Origin: an uncultured Verrucomicrobiae bacterium
Lineage (GTDB): Bacteria > Verrucomicrobiota > Verrucomicrobiia > Chthoniobacterales > UBA10450
Assembly (NCBI GenBank): GCA_963735805.1
Contig: CAVTMK010000002.1
Span: 1,504,001-1,568,000 of the forward strand
Reading direction: 5' to 3'
Length of the DNA: 64,000 bases
Shown in pieces: positions 10,054 to 19,412 of the stretch. The notes under the pieces are model-generated. The model searched no databases and had not been told where the DNA came from. It saw only the letters and a list, made by a program, of their open reading frames with translations. Both the position numbers and the translations under genes were made by a program. Position 1 is the first letter of the stretch. Each line of letters starts with the position of its first letter.

Positions 10054-10764
10054 TTGGTGAAAAGCAATCGAACAACCGTTTCAATTATTGTTCCTGTCCT
10101 TAACGAGGCGCGACTATTACGGCCGTTCCTCTCGCATTTGCGCGAGCGCGCGCCCGGAGCGGAAATCGTTGTCGCAGATGGTGGGAGCTCCGACGGCACG
10201 GCCGATTTCGCGGAGGGCCTTTCCGATCAACTTGTCGTAAGCAAGCCTGGTCGGGCAATACAAATGAATGCCGGTGCGCACGCCGCGCGTGGCGAAATCC
10301 TTTGGTTTCTGCACGTCGATGTCGAAGTCCCTTGGGGATGCTTGACTGAGATCGAGCGAATCATGGGCGACTCCGGCGTCGTAGGTGGATTCTTTCGAAT
10401 TCGCCTGCCGCGAGCGCATGTTTATCGGTTGACGGACAGCTTTGCGCATTACGTCGGGATCCTGTTGCGAATGCGGTGTGGCGACCACGGAATATTCTGT
10501 CGTCGAACCGCATTTCTGGATGTTGGCGGTTTTCCGGAAGTGCCGCTGATGGAAGACGTGAAGTTTTTTCGTAAGCTTCGGCACGCCGGTCGCGTGGTGT
10601 TCAGCAACAAGCGCATCCTGGCAAGTCCACGGCGGTATGAAGTTATTGGACGATTACGTTTGACCATCGCTTACGGCTTTATCGCAACGCTTTACAACTT
10701 CGGCGTTCCAGCACCGAAACTCGCCTCGATCTACAAACGTACGTGCTGTGCCGAGCAAAAATAG
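10054..10764 (+). CDS. GT2 glycosyltransferase (TIGR04283-like, arsenosugar/rSAM-associated)
   Basis: SIIVPVLNE, DGGSSDGT, GRAIQMNAGA, FLHVD, GDHGIF, PLMED. Confidence 0.85.
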   Translation: MVKSNRTTVSIIVPVLNEARLLRPFLSHLRERAPGAEIVVADGGSSDGTADFAEGLSDQLVVSKPGRAIQMNAGAHAARGEILWFLHVDVEVPWGCLTEIERIMGDSGVVGGFFRIRLPRAHVYRLTDSFAHYVGILLRMRCGDHGIFCRRTAFLDVGGFPEVPLMEDVKFFRKLRHAGRVVFSNKRILASPRRYEVIGRLRLTIAYGFIATLYNFGVPAPKLASIYKRTCCAEQK

Positions 10765-10845
10765 GTTCACGCAATTGACGGCCCGGCTGAGTCGATGCAC
10801 GCAACAAGGCCGCTTCGTCCGTTCTATTTTGTACAGGAGGCATTC

Positions 10846-11250
10846 ATGAAACTAACGAGCCTTATTATAACGTTGGTCGCGGCTGCGGCTCTCGCCGCAT
10901 TCGGCCAGGAAGGAGCACTGCAGGACGTAAAGGAGGGAGCAAAAAAAACAGGAGAGACGGTAAAAAACGGACTTGAGACTGCCGGCAAGAAAACCAGGGA
11001 AGCTGCTGAAACGGTCGGAGAAAAAACCAAGGAGACCGCCAAGACTGTAGGCAGAAAGACCAGGGAAACGGCTGAAACGGTAGCCGAAAAGACAAAAGAG
11101 ACGGCTCAAACTGCAGGCCAGAAAACGAAAGAAACCGCCGCTACAGTCCAGCAAAAATCTAAACGGACATTAGAGAAGACGAAAGCAGAAACGACCGGCC
11201 AACAATCGACAAATCACGCACCTAACACACCGGCTCCAACCGATCGCTGA
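10846..11250 (+). CDS. Secreted hydrophilic 11-mer repeat protein (LEA-like)
   Basis: AGGAGG RBS, signal peptide, tandem 11-aa repeats of type ETVGEKTKETA. Confidence 0.75.
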   Translation: MKLTSLIITLVAAAALAAFGQEGALQDVKEGAKKTGETVKNGLETAGKKTREAAETVGEKTKETAKTVGRKTRETAETVAEKTKETAQTAGQKTKETAATVQQKSKRTLEKTKAETTGQQSTNHAPNTPAPTDR

Positions 11251-11405
11251 AATCGGGTCGCCGGGAGGTCGATACCAAAGACCTGGTGTTTAGATTTTCA
11301 GCACAGTTCACAAAGAAAAAGCCAACTTTCTTTGCTTCGCGCTTGCTCAGGTTGTTTGACTGAGTCCTATTTGTCGCGATCAATTCGGGAGCTTTTCCGA
11401 GTGAA

Positions 11406-12158
11406 ATGAGCGGTCTTCGCCTGGGAGTCAACATCGATCACGTAGCAACGCTGCGACAGGCGCGGTATGCCACGATGCCGGAATCCAAGAACGCGGAACC
11501 AGATCTCATCGTTGCGGCGCGAATGTGCGAACGCGCGGGCGCGCAGGGGATCGTCGCGCATTTGCGCTCCGATCGCCGCCACATCCAGGACCGGGACATC
11601 GAGCGGTTGCGCGAGAACATTCTGACAAAGTTGAATCTCGAAATGGGCAACACGCCGGAAATTGTCGATGTTGCGCTGCGCGTCCTGCCCGATGAGGTCT
11701 GCCTTGTCCCGGAGAAACGGGAGGAAATCACTACCGAGGGGGGCCTGGATGTTATCGCAAATCGCAAGACATTGGAACCGACTGTGAAACGGCTTCAAAC
11801 CTCGGGTATTCGTGTCAGCTTGTTTATCGATCCTACTTTGGAGCAGGTCGATGCCGCGACAGAGCTGGGGGTTGAAATGGTTGAACTGCATACAGGCAAA
11901 CTGGCGAACGCCTTCACAGAAAAGATTCAAAAAGAAGAGCTGGAACAACTGCGGGCCGCTGCGCGCGCCGCATCGGAATCACATCTCCAAGTCAACGCCG
12001 GCCACGGCATCAATTACAAAAATATCGAATTGATCAATCAGATTCCATCTTTAACCGAGCTCAACATCGGTCATTCCATCGTGTCACGCGCGGTCTGGAT
12101 AGGACTCGATGCGGCGGTGAAAGAAATGCTCGCTGCGATGGCCAAATATCGCGGATGA
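11406..12158 (+). CDS. pdxJ: Pyridoxine 5'-phosphate synthase
   Basis: LGVNIDHVATLRQAR, TTEGGLD, ELNIGHSI. Confidence 0.97.
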   Translation: MSGLRLGVNIDHVATLRQARYATMPESKNAEPDLIVAARMCERAGAQGIVAHLRSDRRHIQDRDIERLRENILTKLNLEMGNTPEIVDVALRVLPDEVCLVPEKREEITTEGGLDVIANRKTLEPTVKRLQTSGIRVSLFIDPTLEQVDAATELGVEMVELHTGKLANAFTEKIQKEELEQLRAAARAASESHLQVNAGHGINYKNIELINQIPSLTELNIGHSIVSRAVWIGLDAAVKEMLAAMAKYRG

Positions 12159-12200
12159 TTAAGGTGGATCGCGTTGTCCTCAACGCGATGACAATTTGAT

Positions 12201-12581
12201 ATGAGCGTTATCGGTACTGGTGTCGATCTTGTCGAGTGCGCACGCATTCAGCGGTCGGTCGATCGGTTTGGAGATCGTTTTCTCCGTCGCGTTTTTACGG
12301 ATGGCGAGATTAACTATTCGATGTCGATGAAATTCCCGGCCCGTCATCTGGCTGCGCGTTTTGCAGCCAAAGAGGCTGCTTCGAAGGCATTCGGCACCGG
12401 GATTGGCAAAGCGATGGGTTGGCGCGACCTCGACATCCAGAAAAAGCCGAGCGGCGAACCATTTCTCGTTTTATCCGGACCAGCCCAAGAACTCGCGGAA
12501 CAGCGCGGAGTCACTGCCACCCTGGTCACGCTCAGCCATACTGAACATCACGCAATCGCATCTGTCGTCCTGCAGGGATAG
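12201..12581 (+). CDS. acpS: Holo-ACP synthase
   Basis: GVDLVE, ARFAAKEA..KAFGTG, TLSH. Confidence 0.95.
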   Translation: MSVIGTGVDLVECARIQRSVDRFGDRFLRRVFTDGEINYSMSMKFPARHLAARFAAKEAASKAFGTGIGKAMGWRDLDIQKKPSGEPFLVLSGPAQELAEQRGVTATLVTLSHTEHHAIASVVLQG

Positions 12582-12743
12582 AGACACCAACCGGAACGTG
12601 TCCCTCTCAGCTCGTTGGCGGTTTTGCCGTTTGATTTGCGCCTTCGGTGATTGATCCGGAATCGTCTTCGGAGAAGTCGATGGACCAGGCGATTGGCACG
12701 AGGCGTTCATTAACAGGGTTGAAAGTCGACCTGCTTTCCGGCT

Positions 12744-13118
12744 ATGAAGGCAGGGATGGAATCCTTTCGACACATCATGGAGATCATCGGCACCAGCGTG
12801 GATGGCGTGGGTGTATTCATTGTCGCAGCAGGCATGCTGGTCGCCACGGTGCGGCTCGCAACACGCCGAGCGCATGAGACAGGCAACTATTATTCGCTTT
12901 ACCGGCAGGATGTGGGGCGCGCGATCCTGCTCGGTCTTGAGTTCCTGATTGCCGGCGACATCATTCGGACTGTCGTGGTCGCGCCAACGCTACAAAACGT
13001 TTTGGTGCTGGGAATGATCGTTCTTATCCGCACCTTCCTGAGCTTGTCGCTTCAAATGGAAATCGAAGGAAAATTGCCGTGGCGACGCGAAGCTTTGCGC
13101 CGCGGGTCCAACGGATGA
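12744..13118 (+). CDS. DUF1622 family membrane protein
   Basis: GRAILLGLEFLIAGDIIRTV...IRTFLS signature. Confidence 0.85.
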   Translation: MKAGMESFRHIMEIIGTSVDGVGVFIVAAGMLVATVRLATRRAHETGNYYSLYRQDVGRAILLGLEFLIAGDIIRTVVVAPTLQNVLVLGMIVLIRTFLSLSLQMEIEGKLPWRREALRRGSNG

Positions 13119-13161
13119 ATGCGGTTACTAACCCTCGCTGAAGTCGAGCAGCTGGAACCTC

Positions 13162-13941
13162 CTACGGCTTCACTGCTTCGATCGTTGCTGACGCTAAATA
13201 ATCTTCGATTCTCTTACCGGGAAGCCACTCTCGGATGAAGGACTTGGATGAATTCTTTGGCGCAATCTTAATGTCGTTGAACCCAGATGTTTGGAGCATC
13301 CGCTCAAGCTCGGAGATCTGCGAAGCGCCAGCCATGCATCCTGTGTAAGCAGCCCAATCGGCTTTGATGTCACGCGGGAGCGGCGCGGTCGCGACCATGT
13401 CAGCCACAGCAAACCGTCCACCCGGTCTCAGCACGCGGAACGCTTCATTGAGCACCCGTTGTTTCTCAGGAGAAAGATTGATTACACAGTTGGAAATGAC
13501 CACATCGACGCTGTTGTCGGCGACCGGCAGCGCCTCAATTTCACCCAGCCGGAACTCAACGTTTTTGAATCCGTTCTTTTGCGCGTTTTCGCGTGCTTTG
13601 CTTAGCATCTCGTGTGTCATATCGACGCCGATTACCCTTCCGTTTTTGCCGACAGCACGAGCGGCAAGAAAACAATCGAAACCAGCACCGGAACCGAGAT
13701 CCAAAACGACTTGGCCTTCTTTGAGTGAAGCGATCGCCAGCGGATTTCCGCAGCCGAGTCCAAGATTGGCAGCTTCAGGGGCTGCCGCCGCATCTTCAGT
13801 AGAATAGCCGAGATCCACTGCGTCAGTTGATGTGCAGCAATCATCGGCGCATCTCGCTTCACCCGATGCACTGGCGCCGTAGCGCCGCCGAACTTGTTCT
13901 CTGACGGTCTCAGGCGATGACTCAGTTGGCGCAATCTTCAT
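13162..13941 (-). CDS. arsM: Arsenite S-adenosylmethionine methyltransferase
   Basis: LGLGCGNP, LDLGSGAGFD, SNCVINL, GCMAGA; last gene of ars operon. Confidence 0.92.
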   Translation of the reverse strand: MKIAPTESSPETVREQVRRRYGASASGEARCADDCCTSTDAVDLGYSTEDAAAAPEAANLGLGCGNPLAIASLKEGQVVLDLGSGAGFDCFLAARAVGKNGRVIGVDMTHEMLSKARENAQKNGFKNVEFRLGEIEALPVADNSVDVVISNCVINLSPEKQRVLNEAFRVLRPGGRFAVADMVATAPLPRDIKADWAAYTGCMAGASQISELERMLQTSGFNDIKIAPKNSSKSFIREWLPGKRIEDYLASATIEAVKP

Positions 13942-13945
13942 CACG

Positions 13946-14383
13946 TTACGCATCGACAGCACACATTTCGTCACACCACGTTTCGATTCGCGCTCGAATG
14001 TCGTCACGAATTTTGCGCGTGCCTTTAAGGCGTTGCTCGGAGGTGCCAGTAAGCGCAGAAGGATCGGGGAAACTCCAATGTAGCCGTTTCGTCACGCCCG
14101 CAAAAATCGGGCAACCTGCAGCTTCTGATTCATCACAAACGGTAATTGCGTATGCGAACAAGTCTCCACTCTTAAAGACATCAAAGACGGCTTGGGTCTT
14201 GTTATTGGAAATATCAATTCCTTCCTCATCCATCACTTGAACCGCCAGCGGATTAAGTTGGCCTGGCTCAAGCCCTGCGCTCTGTGCCTCGAAATAATCG
14301 CCGCAAATATCGTTTAGCCATGCTGCTGCCATTTGACTGCGGGCACTGTTGTGAACACAAATAAATAGAACTTTCTTTTTCAT
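13946..14383 (-). CDS. arsC: Thioredoxin-type arsenate reductase (LMW-PTP fold)
   Basis: [19 protein letters not shown]...CP, HWSFPDP. Confidence 0.92.
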   Translation of the reverse strand: MKKKVLFICVHNSARSQMAAAWLNDICGDYFEAQSAGLEPGQLNPLAVQVMDEEGIDISNNKTQAVFDVFKSGDLFAYAITVCDESEAAGCPIFAGVTKRLHWSFPDPSALTGTSEQRLKGTRKIRDDIRARIETWCDEMCAVDA

Positions 14384-14390
14384 AGATTCA

Positions 14391-15071
14391 TTATGGAGAC
14401 GTTGTTCCGGGAAATGGAATCGAGCAACAGCCTTCTTCGCGCACACATCGACAACCGAGGACAGCGAGCAAAGCCCCGGTCGTGGGAGCCACCAAATAAA
14501 TCCAGAGACTAGAGAGATGCTGCGAAACGACCGCTGGCGCCAAGGAGCGAGCAGGATTCATGGATGCGCCGCAGACCGGACCCGCGAACATAGCCTCTAG
14601 TCCAATAACAGAACCGACAGCGATCCCTGCCGTGATACCCTTTTCCGCCGCACCAGTCGAGACGCTGAGAATCACAAACATCAGAATGGCCGTGAGAATC
14701 AACTCAAGCGCAAAAGATTGCCTTGCCGATCCGGCGGGCAACGTTGCGCCTAACGTCGCATCTCCCGGAAAGAGAAGTCGCAGGATGCCGCTTGCGGCGA
14801 ACGCACCCGCACACTGACTCACGATGTATGGAATTACTTCACGCAGTGGGAAACGTCGCGCTGCAAAAAACCCCAAACTGACCGCGGGATTTAAGTGTGC
14901 GCCCGAAATATCGCCAATCGTGTAAATCATCGCCAGGACGACCAAACCAAATGTCAGTGCAACCCCAACGTGTGTAACCGCTCCACCGCTCGTCTGGTTG
15001 ACAACGATTGCGCCCGTGCCCGCAAACACCAGTGAGAACGTGCCAATAAATTCGGCGACAAACTTCTTCAC
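14391..15071 (-). CDS. MIP-family aquaporin/aquaglyceroporin in ars operon
   Basis: SGAHLNPA and SMNPARS NPA boxes. Confidence 0.92.
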   Translation of the reverse strand: MKKFVAEFIGTFSLVFAGTGAIVVNQTSGGAVTHVGVALTFGLVVLAMIYTIGDISGAHLNPAVSLGFFAARRFPLREVIPYIVSQCAGAFAASGILRLLFPGDATLGATLPAGSARQSFALELILTAILMFVILSVSTGAAEKGITAGIAVGSVIGLEAMFAGPVCGASMNPARSLAPAVVSQHLSSLWIYLVAPTTGALLAVLGCRCVREEGCCSIPFPGTTSP

Positions 15072-15514
15072 ATTTTTTGCTCTAACTCCGAGGCAGTTTT
15101 GCGACGCGCGCCGTTATAAATAGAAGTTTTCATTTTCTTCTTTGTTTTCCTTTCATTGACACGCCGCCTGAATACGCTGCGCGGCCGACAACAGGTCTTT
15201 GCGAGTTTGGAAAGCTTTTCCGCATCGCGTTTGAACACCGCATCTGTTTGTACGCAATCTTGCAAACATTTTAGGTTCCGTTCCAATTCGTCCGCTCGCC
15301 GACCGGGCAGCGAATAGATAATCCAATTCTGTTCCCTTGCGGTGCTCACCATGCCTCTTCGACGCAAGTAGGCGAGATGTTTGGAAATCTTGACCTGCGG
15401 TTCATGAAGGATCTCCTGAAAGTGACAGACGCAGAGAGGCGATTGTGTAAGAAGATGAAGAATGCGCAACCGTGTGCGATCGCAAAAACACTGATAAATT
15501 TGGATCAGGTCCAT
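15068..15514 (-). CDS. arsR: ArsR/SmtB transcriptional repressor
   Basis: DRTRLRIL, LCVC metal site, ISKHLAYLR. Confidence 0.9.
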   Translation of the reverse strand: MDLIQIYQCFCDRTRLRILHLLTQSPLCVCHFQEILHEPQVKISKHLAYLRRRGMVSTAREQNWIIYSLPGRRADELERNLKCLQDCVQTDAVFKRDAEKLSKLAKTCCRPRSVFRRRVNERKTKKKMKTSIYNGARRKTASELEQKM

Positions 15515-15519
15515 GGCGA

Positions 15520-15975
15520 TTAACAACAAGCCGTCGACGTCACGCAACAGCGCGCGGCTGTTTCGCTATCGCGACGCTTACGTGCCCGGCATTGAGTTCG
15601 CCCGCGTTGCAAGAACAAATTCAGATGGTCGCCCTCCGGCCGGGCTTCAATAATCGGATATTGCGCCACGACACAGCAGTCGTATTCGACGTCTACATCC
15701 AGGTCTGCGCTTGGAATCACGCGGTTTCCCAGCCGCAGGATTTTCGCAAAGCGATCTGATCGAAGCCGATGCCCGGTGTCATTGCCGACATGCGTTTGCA
15801 GCACAATTCTTTCCTCTCGGCCGGTTACTCCGCCACAATCGACGAAGTTCCTAACTACGTGTCCAACTTCAGTGATGTGCGCATGTTCAGGGATGAAATC
15901 GCCATTGGGGAGAATAAACCGGGGCGATCTCTTGGAATTCGCTTCAATCACAACCTGCAAATCGTGAACCGTCAT
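15520..15975 (-). CDS. DUF6428-like protein with Cys-rich tail
   Basis: HITEVG...DCGG motif, first gene of ars operon, ends CCVTSTACC. Confidence 0.75.
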   Translation of the reverse strand: MTVHDLQVVIEANSKRSPRFILPNGDFIPEHAHITEVGHVVRNFVDCGGVTGREERIVLQTHVGNDTGHRLRSDRFAKILRLGNRVIPSADLDVDVEYDCCVVAQYPIIEARPEGDHLNLFLQRGRTQCRARKRRDSETAARCCVTSTACC

Positions 15976-15980
15976 ATCAA

Positions 15981-16008
15981 ACTATATACCTGTATGCGCA
16001 TATAGCAA
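15981..16008 (-). promoter_or_regulatory. Putative ars promoter with overlapping ArsR operator
   Basis: Minus strand TTGCTA-N16-TATAGT, 5 nt before ATG; imperfect inverted repeat CTATATGC-N8-GTATATAG (15982-16005). Confidence 0.6.
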
Positions 16009-16104
16009 GCCCATGTCGCTGCTCTGCAAAGTATCCGCTTCAAATGATGTTTACTTTCGGAGTAGTTTCGCCATCGCAATGATCAGGAGAATGATAACGA
16101 GAAA

Positions 16105-16941
16105 GTGCAACGATCTTTTATGAAACGACTCTCCATCGGCGTCGTATTCGTCGTTATTACTGTGGTAACTGCTGCCATCGTTATTGGGGATCTCGCGCGA
16201 GGCGCAGCCGGCCGCAAGCTGCGGGAGTCGATCCTTGCGGAGCTTCAGCCAGTCGTGTTGAAGAACTGCACGTTGAAGCGTTTTGGCAGCCCCAATGATG
16301 GCGGATACCTGATGTGCGAGAATCTAATTGAGCCGCTCGATTCGGGTTACTCATACGGTGTTGGCAGGAACGACGACTGGGGATGTGAGGTGTCGCGCCG
16401 TTATCGTGTCCCGGTGCACGAGTACGATTGTTTCGATCCCGCACGTCCGAGCTGTAATGGCGGCACGCTCGTATTTCACGACGAATGTGTCGGCAATCGG
16501 AGCAGCTACAGGGAGTCACGTTTCTTCGACACGCTGGAAAACCAGATCAGGAAAAACGGCGATAACGGCCGGCGGCTTGTCATCAAGATGGACATTGAAG
16601 GGGCGGAATGGGATTCACTCCTGGCAGTGCCTGACGAGTTGCTTGCTTCAATTCCGCAGATCGCCATGGAACTGCACGGCTTCGACAATCCGAAGATTGT
16701 CGAGGCGCTCCGGAAACTGAATCGGAACTTCTATCTTGTGAACCTGCACTTCAATAACTGGTCGTGCACTCGGAAGGCGGCACCGCTCCCCGCCTGGGCG
16801 TACCAAGTGCTCTGGGTAAACAAGCGCATCGGCGTGCTCGACCCGGCGGCGCCTATCCCCGCGCCGATGAGTCCGCTGAACGCGCCCGACTCGCCGACAT
16901 GGCCCGATTGCCAGTTGCGCACTCAGCGGTCGCGATTCTGA
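16105..16941 (+). CDS. Membrane-anchored FkbM/Methyltransf_22-like protein
   Basis: RFGSPNDGGY..C, YSYGV, KMDIEGAEW, ELH. Confidence 0.65.
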   Translation: MQRSFMKRLSIGVVFVVITVVTAAIVIGDLARGAAGRKLRESILAELQPVVLKNCTLKRFGSPNDGGYLMCENLIEPLDSGYSYGVGRNDDWGCEVSRRYRVPVHEYDCFDPARPSCNGGTLVFHDECVGNRSSYRESRFFDTLENQIRKNGDNGRRLVIKMDIEGAEWDSLLAVPDELLASIPQIAMELHGFDNPKIVEALRKLNRNFYLVNLHFNNWSCTRKAAPLPAWAYQVLWVNKRIGVLDPAAPIPAPMSPLNAPDSPTWPDCQLRTQRSRF

Positions 16942-17084
16942 ACCGAAGTAGAAAGGTCTGCCGCAGCGCCTCAAACTGAAAATTATCGAATGCGGTTCGA
17001 CCAATGTTCCGGGAGCTTTTCGTAAGCTGAGTCCAATATTGAATTTTACATCCGATTCTTTTGTCAAAGACGAGATTTCCTCCG

Positions 17085-18563
17085 ATGCAGAGATTTGTTG
17101 AATCGAGGCGCGAGTTTCTCCGGACGAGCGGACTGGCCGCGGGCGCCCTTCTGTTTTCCTGTCCAAAACACCTTCTCGCCTTGGAAAGACAAGCTGCTGC
17201 CGACTACGCGGTGCACATTAAGGCAGCGCCCATCGAGATTGCGCCCGACCAGATTCTTTCAACGATCACCTACAATGGACAATTTCCCGGACCTCTCCTC
17301 CGCTTTAAGGAAGGCCAGCAAGTGACGGTGGATATTTTCAATGAGACCGATACACCTGAGCAATTGCATTGGCACGGCCAGAAGGTTTCTACTGACGTCG
17401 ATGGCTCTGCTGAGGAAGGCACGCCTTACATTCCTGCCCACGGTCAGCGCCGCGTTACGTTTACGCCCAATCCGGCTGGTTTGCGCTTCTATCACACCCA
17501 CAACCGCGCCGGAGCCAATCTTTCGGCAGGCCAATACAGCGGTCAAGTCGGCCCGGTTTACATCGAGCCAAAAGAGAATTCGGGCCGCTACGATCGCGAA
17601 GTCTTTCTTGTTTTGAAGGAATTTGAGCCGACTCTCAGCCGCGGTGGCGATATGCCTCAGGATTTCCTATCGCCTTCCGGATTTGACAAAGCTCTCAAGG
17701 AAACCGGCGAAGCGGCCATGAAAGCCTCACTCGCCAAAGGCATGCCGCCTGGGTACGAAGTGGGTTACAAGTTCTTTACCATTAACGGCCGCATGCTTGG
17801 CCATGGCGAACCGGTCCGCGTCAAGCAAGGCGAGCGGGTTCTCTTTCATATTTTGAATGGCAGTGCGACGGAAATTCGGAGTCTGGCCTTACCCGGCCAC
17901 TCCTTTGAAGTCATTGCCCTCGACGGGAATCCAGTCCCGAATCCTGTGCATGTTCCGGTTCTGTGGCTCGGCACGGCGGAGCGTATTTCCGCTGTTGTGG
18001 AGATGAGCCAGCCGGGCGTCTGGATCTTGGGGGATGTTGCAGACGACGATCGCCGCCATGGCATGGGCATCGTTGTGGAATACTCCGGCCACTCAGGCAA
18101 GGCCCGATGGAAAACGCCACCGTCGTTTCGATGGAGTTACACGCGTTTTGCCAAGGCCGGTGCGTACGCTCCCGCTCCGGACCAAACCTTTGACATGACC
18201 TTCGCCAAGGACAACGCTGCCAAAGAGGGCTTCAACCGGTGGACTATCAACGGGATCGCTTATCCCATGAGCAACGAAATGGCGCCGGCTTCATTTCATT
18301 TGAAGCAAGGAAAACGTTATCGAATTCGGATGCGCAACGCCAGCGATGACATTCATCCCATCCATCTGCATCGCCATAGCTTTGAGCTCACCAATCTGGC
18401 AGGAACACAAACGGCCGGTATTATGAAGGACGTGGTCATGCTGGGCGGCTATCAGCAATATGACGTTGACTTCATAGCCGACAATCCTGGCCTGACTCTC
18501 TTCCACTGCCACCAGCAATTACACATGGATTTCGGTTTCATGACGCTCTTCGACTACGTGTAG
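17085..18563 (+). CDS. Multicopper oxidase (Tat-exported)
   Basis: SRREFL Tat signal; HWH, YHTH, HPIHLH, HCHQQLHM copper sites. Confidence 0.93.
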   Translation: MQRFVESRREFLRTSGLAAGALLFSCPKHLLALERQAAADYAVHIKAAPIEIAPDQILSTITYNGQFPGPLLRFKEGQQVTVDIFNETDTPEQLHWHGQKVSTDVDGSAEEGTPYIPAHGQRRVTFTPNPAGLRFYHTHNRAGANLSAGQYSGQVGPVYIEPKENSGRYDREVFLVLKEFEPTLSRGGDMPQDFLSPSGFDKALKETGEAAMKASLAKGMPPGYEVGYKFFTINGRMLGHGEPVRVKQGERVLFHILNGSATEIRSLALPGHSFEVIALDGNPVPNPVHVPVLWLGTAERISAVVEMSQPGVWILGDVADDDRRHGMGIVVEYSGHSGKARWKTPPSFRWSYTRFAKAGAYAPAPDQTFDMTFAKDNAAKEGFNRWTINGIAYPMSNEMAPASFHLKQGKRYRIRMRNASDDIHPIHLHRHSFELTNLAGTQTAGIMKDVVMLGGYQQYDVDFIADNPGLTLFHCHQQLHMDFGFMTLFDYV

Positions 18564-18660
18564 GGCATAAGGCCCGCTGGGCGAACAGAGAGACATGGCT
18601 GACGAGACGCCGGTTGTACACTAGAAGTCCCAATCCATAAAGACATGGGGATATGCGACG

Positions 18661-18691
18661 AAAACCCTCGCCGGATCTCTCCGACGAGGGT
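18661..18691 (-). terminator. Rho-independent terminator after Cys micropeptide
   Basis: Minus strand ACCCTCGTCGGA-GAGA-TCCGGCGAGGGT followed by TTT. Confidence 0.65.
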
Positions 18692-18714
18692 CTCGTTGAT
18701 TCTAGTTTGAGCGG

Positions 18715-18840
18715 CTACTTTTTACAGCATTTGCCCGGGCAACATTTTGCGTTGCCCTTGCAGCAGTCAGCCGCGGGCGACACTGCTGTCGCTGTGCCGA
18801 TGAATGCCATTAAAGTAGTAATCAAAAGAAGATATTTCAT
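18715..18840 (-). CDS. 41-aa secreted Cys-rich micropeptide (not in ORF track)
   Basis: Hand translation MKYLLLITTLMAFIGTATAVSPAADCCKGNAKCCPGKCCKK; GAGGAGG RBS; terminator downstream. Confidence 0.8.
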   Translation of the reverse strand: MKYLLLITTLMAFIGTATAVSPAADCCKGNAKCCPGKCCKK

Positions 18841-18905
18841 AAGGTCCTCCTCTTGGGTTTCTATTGAACAACTCATCGCGAATTTCGTTCGCGACGAGCC
18901 GACGC

Positions 18906-19256
18906 TTAGGTGAACAAGGTTCGCGGCGGCGGAACTGGTGGACGCTGAATACGCGTGATTGCGCGCTCATCGCTAACCCGGATTAATCCAAGTAAGCGCA
19001 CGCTCGCAAAGAATGGCCTCGTCTTGGTAAAGTAAAGTGCAAAGCATCCCAATTGGGTCGCACAACATGACGACCCAAAAGTAGAAGTCGACTCAGCCGC
19101 GGTCGTGGGGCAACTGTGACACGGGCCTGTGTTCATGCTCGCGCAGCAATCTGACCTCTGCGAATTCGTGACAGTTGTCTGAGGCGACGCCATCGGTGTG
19201 AAAGAACCGATGCTTAGCGTAAGCATGGCCAACAAGAATCGTGCTGGCAGTTTCAT
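18906..19256 (-). CDS. Cys-rich exported protein with C-terminal polyproline motif (DUF2946/CutF-like leader)
   Basis: Signal-like N-terminus, CC, CHSC, CC, ends RPPVPPPRTLFT. Confidence 0.6.
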   Translation of the reverse strand: MKLPARFLLAMLTLSIGSFTPMASPQTTVTNSQRSDCCASMNTGPCHSCPTTAAESTSTFGSSCCATQLGCFALYFTKTRPFFASVRLLGLIRVSDERAITRIQRPPVPPPRTLFT

Positions 19257-19412
19257 CGCGTGTAGTTTATCAGCTATCGGGATTTTCCAAAGGAGATTCT
19301 CGATCTGCCGTGAGAAGATTTGGCGACATCGAGATCGTCAAAAATTCTTTGAGATTCTGAAAAACTAAAAATATGATCGACATTAACTTCCACAGCTAAT
19401 TAGGAGAAAGGT

